From Macrostomum hystrix (lineage: Eukaryota; Animalia; Platyhelminthes), in assembly GCA_950097015.1 (NCBI GenBank), contig CATNEN010000003.1, positions 10,726,001 to 10,790,000 of the forward strand: a stretch of DNA of 64,000 nucleotides. The letters run 5' to 3'. The translations under genes were made by a program, and so were the position numbers. A model generated the notes under the pieces. That model was given only the letters and a program-made list of their open reading frames with translations, was not told the DNA's origin and did no database searches. The first letter of the stretch is position 1. Every line of letters begins with the position of its first letter. This document shows, piece after piece, positions 13,301 to 23,100 of this stretch.

Positions 13301-15285
13301 CACCCTTCAGAGCCTCCCAGCCTCACTGAAATTCAGCACTGCCGCCTCCTCTCACCCTTCAGAGCCTCCCAGCTTCACTGAAACTCAGCACTGCCGCCTC
13401 CTCTCACCCTTTAGAGCCGCACCCAGCGACGCAGAGTTGAGCCAGCTGCTGCACTCCAAGCTCTCTCAGTCGGGATTCGTGGACTCCAGAGCCGCCTTGC
13501 AGATCGCTGTGGCTGACGTCTTGCAGGATGTTCTCAGGAAGAGATTGAACTCTGAGAAATGGTTCGCTGTGGGCAGCTTCTCTGAGGCCTGGGGCAACAG
13601 CCTGGTCTCTCTGGATGGCGGAACTGACATCGACTCTGACATCGATGTTATTCAGCTGATTCCAGGAAGGCCGATTCACCCGAGAGATGTGTGCGAGTGC
13701 GACCGAGTGGAGGCTGCTCAGACAGTGGAGCTCAGCAATGGCCACATCCTGATCTCCGGATTCGGTGAGAATTTCCTGCCAGAGACTATCGGGATGGCTG
13801 GGACAAGAATCGAGCATGTGTTTGGCTTGCTCATCTTCTTTGGCTTTCTAAAGCAAACAACAAACAAGGAAAACAAGCAAATTTTTCTGTTTTCTGAGAG
13901 TTTCTGAGAGTTAAAAGCTGGAAGCATTTGCAATATTTCTCGCATTTCCCATTCCTCCAGCCTCCAACCCAGCCCAGACAAAAAAGGGCTCAGCCCTGAG
14001 ACCGGCTGTGGACGAAGTCACCGCCCGCCGCCTCTGCCGCTACCCTCCCATCGCGCCGCTGCAGCCACCAAGACTCTCCAACTCCAACATCCCCCAGTCC
14101 GTGCTGCAGTCGCTCCAGCGAGACCTCACCTCTGCCTCATCCCCCTGTCACGTGGTGCACGCAGCTCCTCCCGGAATGGGGGGCCAGCAGCTCCGAGTGA
14201 GCAGCAGCTTCCTGGAGAGGCGACTGCTGCGGATTCTCAGCACTCTGCAAGGCCAGCTGTTCGTCACACTCAAGTGGCTGCTGAAGAAAAAGATCTCAAA
14301 CGTCGGCTTGAAGTCCTATCACGCAAAGACCGTCACGTTCCGAATGCTGGAGGAGACACCGGCTGAGCAGTGGAAGCCGGAGAATCTCGTGAGTCTCACG
14401 AGACGCTCGCTGCAGATGCTGCTTGACGGTGTGGAGAGCGGCTGCAGATCAGACACACCTGACGGTCGGATCCTGGAGCACTTCTTCCTGAGCGATGCCG
14501 CTGTGTACCTGAAAGGCTTGAAGTCGCCCACATCAGCTGAGAGAGTGAGCGAAGCGTTGAATCGGGCAGCCGGTGCATTGAGAGACGCCATGGCTGAGCT
14601 GCCTCAGCTGCTGCTGCAGTTCGAGGACAGTCTGCGACCCGTCACCAAATCGGGCCGATTCCACTTCCACCCGTTCCTCATCCTGCCGATTCTTCACGTC
14701 AGACCCGTGTCAGAAGCCAAGACATGCGAGTTCCACGAGATCTACGACATCGTGAGAGAGTCGGTGCTTCGTCTGTCCGATGGAGACCGCAGCCCGCAGT
14801 CCCGAGAGAGTCTCGCAGAGCTGATCAACAAACTGCCAGAATGCGCCCGATCAGCGCGAGAGTCTCTCAAAGCGCTGGCCTGCCTGAAGTTCGGCGACCG
14901 ACTCAGTGCAGCGAGAGTTGTGAGCGACTGCGGGCCGTTCAGTGCGAGCAGAGGCATCGATTGGGGAGCTGAGAGGTCGGCGAGTGAGGCCACTGCGGAC
15001 TTTGTGTGGCAGCACCTGACGAGCCGAGACTCCGCCTGTAAATTCTGCTTCGAGTTTTACAAGCGACCGAAGCTGCCGATTGAGCACAAAGTCTTTGCCC
15101 GCTGCTTTCCGCTGCAGATGAAGAACTACAGCAACTGGTTCTATCTGAACTTTGACGCTCTGCTGCGGGCTCTTCGCAATGAGCTGACAGGAGCAGGAGA
15201 CGGGAGCGATCAGGACTGGATCCGGGATGTGGCTCAGAGGGAGGATGCGGATGAGCAGGAGCTGCTGGTGGCTGCGGCGATCTGA
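7322..15285 (+). CDS. Ankyrin-repeat / cGAS-like (Mab-21, cGLR) nucleotidyltransferase fusion, copy 1; exons 7322-12936, 13415-13764 (alternative in-frame acceptor 13373), 13961-15285; about 2430 aa
   Basis: About 53 ANK repeats; donor AAG|gtatg (phase 2) joins ...tttag|A GCC GCA CCC. Exon 2 has VGSFSEAW...DSDIDV (NTase GS + DxD). Exon 3 has PAVDEV (third acid) and the Mab-21 C-lobe motifs [40 protein letters not shown]. The true start may be a downstream Met (MNSLHPEE). Confidence 0.85.
7700..12910 (+). repeat. Coding tandem array of 102-bp (34-aa) ankyrin units
   Basis: Near-identical units with higher-order periods of 1530 bp (15 units) and 714 bp (7 units). Confidence 0.97.
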
Positions 15286-15639
15286 GGAGATCTGGAGCTG
15301 CTGCGGCGGCTGCGCAATTGAACAAATAACCATTCAACAGCTGGTTGTTCCACTCCATGAAATAAAGAGCCGCTTTCAAGAACTGCGGAAGGTCTGCGAT
15401 GCAACCCAGATTTTTGGGGGAATTTGCAGTAACGACTTTAACGCAACGCGTATTTGGGGCTTCGGGAAGGACTTCGTCCTGCACTCGCCTACAGCAAGAG
15501 AAACAAAGGGTGGTTGCAGGTGCTGCACGTAGTGCCGTTGCACGCGGGGCTGCTTTACAGGATGTGTCACCTCTGGTTTTTTTTAATGTCATTTTTCCTT
15601 AAAAAATGCTTAAATTTGACCACTCCCATTCGGGTGGAT

Positions 15640-16000
15640 CACTAGATTTACTATGTACACTCACTTCTCTCTCAAATAAAGTTTCTTTCACTCCCGGTAG
15701 GTATAATGGAGAATTGCACCTACCCGTCTACTCTTTCGCAGGGCCTGGGACGAATTTAACTTTAAGATTAAATCCTATAGACTGGACTGCATATCACGAC
15801 GACATGGCATATAAAAAAGCAGAGGAAACTTCTACTTCAGCAGAAGAAGCTTTGTCTAAAAACATATAGCTAGATGAACAGATGTTACAAGAACTAGAAG
15901 CCATCCCCTCAGAAGATTTAACTGTAAAGGAACGGTTAACACGACAGCTTGCATGTAAAAAGAATTATTCAAGCAAAAGTTAGATTTGGCCTAGGGTTAA
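15640..16000 (+). pseudogene. Polinton/adintovirus-type PLA2X (parvovirus VP1u-like phospholipase A2) remnant
   Basis: ELHLPVYSFAGPGTNL...NPIDWTAYHDDMAY...(stop/frameshift)...DEQMLQELEAI...ERLTRQL / IIQAKVRFGLG resembles the YxGPGxxL...D..A..HD.AY PLA2 motif. Confidence 0.7.
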
Positions 16001-16059
16001 CCCGTCATAAAACACACAAGCCTAATAAATGCCTATTCTGCACAACACTTTATGGCCAG

Positions 16060-16650
16060 GGTCTTACTCTGGAAGAGGCAATAAAAAAGCACATGCCATA
16101 TCGTATCGTAAGCCAAAAGTATTTAGAAAATGTGTGCACCATTTTAAAGACGAGATATGGCATGCGGATTTAGTTGTTATGCCGACAGAACGAAATTTTA
16201 AATATATTCTAACAGTTCTGGACGGCTTCACTCGTTTTGCTTGCGTGATTCCTTTAAAGTCAAAGAAATAAGAATAAGTAGCTAAAGCATTAGAAGCTAA
16301 TATATAAAAATCAGGCCGGAGTTCAGAACGCCTATAGATGTGTAGAGGAAGGCAAAGAATTTTATAACCACTACATGTATAAACTAAACTACATGCAGTA
16401 AATGCTAGTAACGAGGAACCACTTGCGTGCCTGCGACCTCCCACATCTAAAATTCAAGTAAGTAACAAAGTTCACATATATAAATACAAAGATAAGTTTT
16501 AAAAGGGTAGAAAGGGGTATTGGAAAATATCACAAGTGTTTATAGTGAAGAAAGTTTAAAAAAACAACGCTTATATATAACTTATATTTTAGAAAATAAG
16601 GATAAAGAAGAAATTATTGGAAGTTTTTATAAAGAACAGCTTTTAAAGGC
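16060..16650 (+). mobile_element. Polinton/Maverick-type rve integrase remnant (frameshifted, internally deleted)
   Basis: DEIWHADLVVMP...FKYILTVLDGFTRFACVIPLKSK; GKEFYN (about 16350-16367); SKIQVSNKVHIYKYKDKF*KG; YILENKDKEEIIGSFYKEQLLK. These are collinear with Polinton integrase motifs. Confidence 0.8.
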
Positions 16651-17007
16651 CTTATGCAGTTCCTGCAGTACCTGCCTGCGAAGCAGCATTACATGCCTTC
16701 TCAACTCTATTCATTTGTTTATTTAATACTTTAATACTACACATGCTTTTAACGGACGTACGCTGGATTTTTTATAGTAAGTTTTCTTGTAACAACACAT
16801 GTGTTAAGCAGACTTTCATCTTGTTGTAATAAAATGAATGTCCTAGCTAGAGCGTGAGGAATTTAAAGCTAGCGACTATTCACCGGATTCGGTGTCCGAC
16901 GCAATCGGTTCAATAGCAGCAGGGGAAATCTGAAAATAAATAGCGTTAAGAGACTGGGGTGGGCGAGCGAAGCGAAGAGACCCGCGTGTCGTCCTCCGGC
17001 CCGGCGA

Positions 17008-17204
17008 CAGTGGCGCAACCAGGGACGGGGGTGGCGGCCGCCCTCCCCAAGTCCAACGGCCATACCGGCCCTTGAAATTGGCCCAGGAATGGTGGGCGAA
17101 AACCGCGAAACAGAGCGCGCTCCACCTGGCGGCCGCCCCCCCTTCGACCCGCGGGGCAATGTACGCAAAGGGCAATGTACGCAAAAACCGCCCCTAAGGC
17201 ACTG
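17008..17204. mobile_element. Possible hAT-type MITE (197 bp)
   Basis: Ends CAGTG...CACTG flanked by 8-bp near-duplicates CCCGGCGA (17000-17007) and CCTGGCGA (17205-17212); the terminal inverted match is short. Confidence 0.4.
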
Positions 17205-17599
17205 CCTGGCGAAACTCCCAATGAAAAAAAAGAATAACAGTATGAACACGAAGACTCGAATAATTTGATTGGGAGTGATTTAATATTATGTTTTGACTCG
17301 CCGACTCCAGATAAGAATAGGAATTGATTTGACTCTAGTTTACCTGCTCAACTTGATTTAAAAGTTACACCGACAGAATAAGGATATTCGCACGGAAAGC
17401 AATTATAGTGCGCTCATAGTGAAAAGCAAAATTTGGTCCGGGGAACTCGGATATAAAAATGTTACTTAACTGGCCTAATCCGCGCCCTACTCTTCCCCGA
17501 GAGGCTCCGGTTGTCTCTGCTTTCAGCGCTGCCCCGACAGATCCTATCGGTTGGCACTCCTTCTGCCTGACGACGGAGTCTCCGAAGAGAGCACGTACT

Positions 17600-19510
17600 G
17601 ACTTCGACAACAAGCGCCTATCTATACCACCCTTGTCAGCGGCGCACTCTCAAGACGCGTAGCGCCGAAAGCTACGCCGATAGATCGACGCCTGGCTGTC
17701 CGAGTGGAGGAAGATTTCTGCTCCGTGGACATTTTGATTGTATCCGGGGCGCAGGAACAGGGCGGTAGAGTTTATGCCGGTGTGCTGGGAGAAGGTCGCC
17801 ACAGTTTTCCCTCCGGACATAATGCAGTAGCCGAAACCAGAGACCGAGTTGATTTGCGAACCGTCGGTGAAGCAGTGAATTTCACGGGGTTGGCCGTGGT
17901 CACGTACTTACTGGCGAGGCGGAATGCTGGTTTTGAATTTTAGCGGTGGGCACAGCTTCGACGGAATTCCGTCTGAGAGAATTTTGAGGCCTCCTCCTGC
18001 GTCCAGGTCCCGTAGGCTGAGGTCGCTGTGGGGCTGGAGGTTCCGCTTGCTGAAGGCAAGTTGCTTCCGGATGGAGACGCCCGCGTCCAGAAGACGGCGA
18101 GCCGTCTTCATCGCTTCCCCTTTGATAAAAAGATCTAAAGGGGGAAGGTCCAGGAAGGCATTCATGCCAGCGAAGGGAGTGGAGGGTGCCGCACTCATGA
18201 TGGCTCGACAAGCACGGCCCTGCACCTTGTTTAGGGCCTCCAGGACCCGTTGGTCTCCAGGGCACTATTCCAGATGAAGCCGGCAAAAGAAATGGCCTGT
18301 GTAACAATGGTAGTGTAAATCCATCAGAGACGGCGGGGGGTGAGGCCCCAGGTAGCACAGAAGGCTCTGCGGATCTGCGCGAGCGTAGCGAGAGCTTTGC
18401 GAGTTTTAAATTTGACGTGAGGTGTCCAGCTCAGCCTGTGATCGAGGATGACACCTAAGCATCTAGTTTGCTTCTCCATGGCGATGGGTTTGTCATAGAG
18501 AAGAAGAGGCTCAATCCTCCAGTTTCGTTTGCTGGTGAACATAATGGCGACGGTCTTGGACTCAGAGAGTTTGAGGCCGCAGCTATGAGCCCAGCGCTCG
18601 GCACGGTGGATGAAAGCTTGCAAAAGGTCTCTAAGGACCGGGGGAGAAGGTCCGGCCACAGTGGCGGTGATGTCGTCAGCATAGCCGATTTTTTGGACCG
18701 GGTCCGGGTTAGGGCTGCAGAGCAGCTCGTCCATGACAAGGTTCCAAAGGATCGGACTGAGAACGCCACCCTGCGGGCCTCCCTTCTGGACTTTCACAGA
18801 ACGGGAGTGGCCAAGCAGGTGCTCGTGCGCAGCCCGGCGCTCCAGGGCTCGCCTAAAGGCTCCGAAGAGCGCATTGTCGAAGGCAACATCAATGTCGAGG
18901 AAAAGCGAGAGAGCGAAACCGTGCCAAGCACGGCGCGCTCCAGCTTGTCGACAATGGCATGCAGAGCACTTTCGATGGAGCGTCCGGATCGAAAGGCGTG
19001 CTGGTTGGCGGAGAGCGGGGAGTTCCTCAGCTCAACGTGAAGGAGGCGCCAAAGAACCAGCCTTTCAAGCAGCTTAGGAAAGAAAGATGTTAAGCTGATG
19101 GGGCGGAAGACTTTGGCGGAATGGTAGTCTCCCTTCCCAGTCTTGGGGATTAAGACGATGGTGGCTTCCTGCCAAGACATGGGTACGTACCCGAGGGTGA
19201 TACAGGCCTTGAACAGGTTGCAGAGGAGGCCGAGGAACCTGTCATTTTTCACCGCTTCATGTAGGAAGTCGGGGTAAATGTTGTCAGGTCCAGGCGACTT
19301 AAAATGTGAAAAGGAATTAGCAGCGCGAGCTGTCCGTTCTCTAGTAATAATGGTGGTCGCAAGGATGTGTCCACCAAGAGTGTGGTCCGGCGGGTCCTGA
19401 AGCGGCGCGGTCCACGGGAAAGCGCGGGCGAGCATGATGTTCAGCGATTCGCCAGGATTCTCAGCAAGCCGGCCGTCAGGTCTTTTGATCACTGAGAGCT
19501 TCGTCATTTT
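17600..19510 (-). mobile_element. Decayed, 5'-truncated non-LTR retrotransposon (LOA/R1-like): RT + RNase H
   Basis: KSPGPDNIYP, IPKTGK..FRPISLTSF, QHAFRSGRS, GGPQGGVLSPILWNL, GYADD, LGVILDHRLSW; RNase H motifs CFTDGS (about 17870) and HSDSQA (about 17700); several frameshifts and stops. Confidence 0.9.
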
Positions 19511-19521
19511 GTCAAGAGTGA

Positions 19522-19865
19522 CTCACCTGACAGAATTCTCACCTGATAGACAGAATTCTCACCTGACAGATAGAATTCTCACCTGACAGACAGAATTCTC
19601 ACCTGACAGACAGAATTCTCACCTGACAGATAGAATTCTCACCTGATAGACAGAATTCTCACCTGACAGATAGAATTCTCACCTGATAGACAGAATTCTC
19701 ACCTGATAGACAGAATTCTCACCTGATAGACAGAATTCTCACCTGATAGACAGAATTCTCACCTGATAGACAGAATTCTCACCTGATAGACAGAATTCTC
19801 ACCTGATAGACAGAATTCTCACCTGATAGACAGAATTCTCACCTGTTAGACAGAATTCTCACCTG
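19522..19865. repeat. 20-bp minisatellite (CTCACCTGATAGACAGAATT)n
   Basis: About 17 tandem copies abutting the LINE 5' truncation. Confidence 0.95.
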
Positions 19866-20180
19866 GTATTGAATATTCTCATTTGTTAAAAACGCATTCC
19901 CACCATCACATTTTTTTCTTTTCGCATATCGATCAGAATCCTATTCTCAGAATTCTCACTTGTTAACGGAATTCTCGCCTTTTAGACAGAAATAAGACAG
20001 AAATGAAATATCGCCAGCAATAGCAGCTTCTCGCCAACAACCAATGAGCAACTCGGAGCAGAGAAGCAACTCTGAAAGGCTTCTTATTGGCTGAGCAGAA
20101 TTATAAATACTGCTATTTGGTGGGAGCCTAAACTAATTTGGCTGCAATCGAAAATCGAATCGCTTACCGCACCTTGCAAA

Positions 20181-23100
20181 ATGTTCCCCTTTCTGAATTT
20201 GCTCTCACGAGTCGTGCTTTTCCTGATGAACTCACTGCTTCCTGAAGAGAAGCAACAAGCGTCACTCACTGACGAGGAGCTGCTGGCTGCCATCAGGGAC
20301 GACGACGTGGCCTCAGTAGATCGGCTCATTGCCAGTGGCAAGAGCATCGACGCCTTCGTTGCGTTTAGAGGCACATTTTATACCCCAACGATGCTTGCGT
20401 GCGAATTCGGAAGACACGACATCCTGATAAGACTCATCCATGGCAGGGCGGATGTAGACAAGCAGAACTGGAGAGGAACCACGGCATTGTGGATTGCATC
20501 ACAAAATGGTTATCAGCAGCTTGTGGATTCGCTCATCAGAGCACAAGCCGACATCAACATTCAACAACACCAGGGCGCCTCACCTCTCTGGATTGCCTCA
20601 CAAGAAGGCCATCATCAGGTGGCTCGCTCACTCATTCAAGCAGCAGCCGATGTCAATCTTCAAGAGAAAGTTGATGGCTTATCACCTCTCTACATTGCCT
20701 CACAAAATGGCCATCATGAGGTGGCTCGCTCACTCATTCAAGCAGCAGCCGATGTCAATCTTCAAGAGAAAGTTGATGGCTTATCACCTCTCTACATTGC
20801 CTCACATTTCGGCCGTCATGAGGTTGCTCGCTCACTCATTCAAGCAGGAGCTGACGTCAATCTTCAAGAGAAAGTTAATTGCTTATCACCTCTCTACATT
20901 GCCTCACAAAATGGCCATCATGAGGTGGCTCGCTCACTCATTCAAGCTGGAGCCGACGTCAATCTTCAAGAAAAAGTTCATGGCTTATCACCTCTCTACA
21001 TTGCCTCACAAAATGGCCATCATGAGGTGGCTCGCTCACTCATTCAAGCAGGAGCCGACGTCAATCGTCAAAGAAATTCTGGCGAGTCACCTCTCTACAT
21101 TGCCTCACAAAATGGCCATCATGAGGTGGCTCGCTCACTCATTCAAGCAGGAGCCGACGTCAATCTTCAAGAGAAAGTTGATGGCTTATCACCTCTCCAT
21201 ATTGCCTCACAAAATGGCCATCATGAGGTGGCTCGCTCACTCATTCAAGCAGGAGCCGACGTCAATCTTCAAGAGAAAGTTAATGGCTCATCACCTCTCT
21301 GGATTGCCTCACACGAAGGCCATCATGATGTGGCTCGCTCACTCATTCAAGCAGGAGCCGACGTCAATCGTCAAGAGAAAGTTAATGGCTCATCACCTCT
21401 CTGGATTGCCTCACACGAAGGCCATCATGAGGTGGCTCGCTCACTCATTCAAGCAGGAGCCGACGTCAATCGTCAAATAAATTCTGGCGAGTCACCTCTC
21501 TACATTGCCTCACAAAATGGCCATCATGAGGTGGCTCGCTCACTCATTCAAGCAGGAGCTGACGTCAATCTTCCAGAGAAAGTTCGTGGCGCGTCACCTC
21601 TCTACATTGCCTCACAAAATGGCCATCATGAGGTGGCTCGCTCACTCATTCAAGCAGGAGCTGACGTCAATCTTCAAGAGAAAGTTGATGGCTTATCACC
21701 TCTCTATATTGCCTCACACAATGGCCATCATGAGGTTGCTCGCTCACTCATTCAAGCAGGAGCCGACGTCAATCGTCAAATAAATTCTGGCGAGTCACCT
21801 CTCTACATTGCCTCACAAAATGGCCATCATGAGGTGGCTCGCTCACTCATTCAAGCAGGAGCTGACGTCAATCTTCCAGAGAAAGTTAATGGCCGCTCAC
21901 CTCTCTACATTGCCTCACGAAATGGCCATCATGAGGTGGCTCGCTCACTCATTCAAGCAGGAGCCGACGTCAATCGTCAAAGAAATTCTGGCGAGTCACC
22001 TCTCAATATTGCCTCACACAATGGCCATCATGAGGTTGCTCGCTCACTCATTCAAGCAGGAGCTGACGTCAATCTTCCAGAGAAAGTTCATGGCGCGTCA
22101 CCTCTCTACATTGCCTCACAAAATGGCCATCATGAGGTGGCTCGCTCACTCATTCAAGCAGGAGCTGACGTCAATCTTCCAGAGAAAGTTAATGGCCGCT
22201 CACCTCTCTACATTGCCTCACACAATGGCCATCATGAGGTGGCTCGCTCACTCATTCAAGCAGGAGCTGACGTCAATCTTCGAAAGAAAGTTGATGGCTC
22301 ATCACCTCTCCACATTGCCTCACAAAATGGCCATCATGAGGTGGCTCGCTCACTCATTCAAGCAGGAGCTGACGTCAACCTTCCAGAGAAAGTTCATGGC
22401 TCATCACCTCTCTGGATTGCCTCACACGAAGGCCATCATGAGGTGGCTCGCTCACTCATTCAAGCAGGAGCCGACGTCAATCGTCAAATAAATTCTGGCG
22501 AGTCACCTCTCTACATTGCCTCACAAAATGGCCATCATGAGGTGGCTCGCTCACTCATTCAAGCAGGAGCCGACGTCAATCTTCAAGAGAAAGTTAATGG
22601 CTCATCACCTCTCTGGATTGCCTCACACGAAGGCCATCATGAGGTTGCTCGCTCACTCATTCAAGCAGGAGCCGACGTCAATCGTCAAATAAATTCTGGC
22701 GAGTCACCTCTCTACATTGCCTCACAAAATGGCCATCATGAGGTGGCTCGCTCACTCATTCAAGCAGGAGCTGACGTCAATCTTCCAGAGAAAGTTAATG
22801 GCTTATCACCTCTCCATATTGCCTCACAAAATGGCCATCATGAGGTGGCTCGCTCACTCATTCAAGCAGGAGCTGACGTCAATCTTCCAGAGAAAGTTAA
22901 TGGCCGCTCACCTCTCTACATTGCCTCACGAAATGACCATCATGAGGTGGCTCGCTCACTCATTCAAGCAGGAGCCGACGTCAATCTTCCAGAGAAAGTT
23001 AATGGCTCATCACCTCTCTACATTGCCTCACAAAATGGCCATCATGAGGTGGCTCGCTCACTCATTCAAGCAGGAGCCGACGTCAATCGTCAAATAAATT

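Noticed and set aside
15283-15285. Selenocysteine or readthrough at the TGA aligned to Cys in the paralogue
   Set aside because: No SECIS could be identified by eye, and another stop follows 12 codons later where homology has already ended; a nonsense mutation is simpler.
1520-15285. Functional link between flotillin and the ANK-cGLR genes (as with SPFH genes in bacterial defence operons)
   Set aside because: Adjacency in an animal genome is not evidence of co-function, and the flotillin is an ordinary conserved orthologue.
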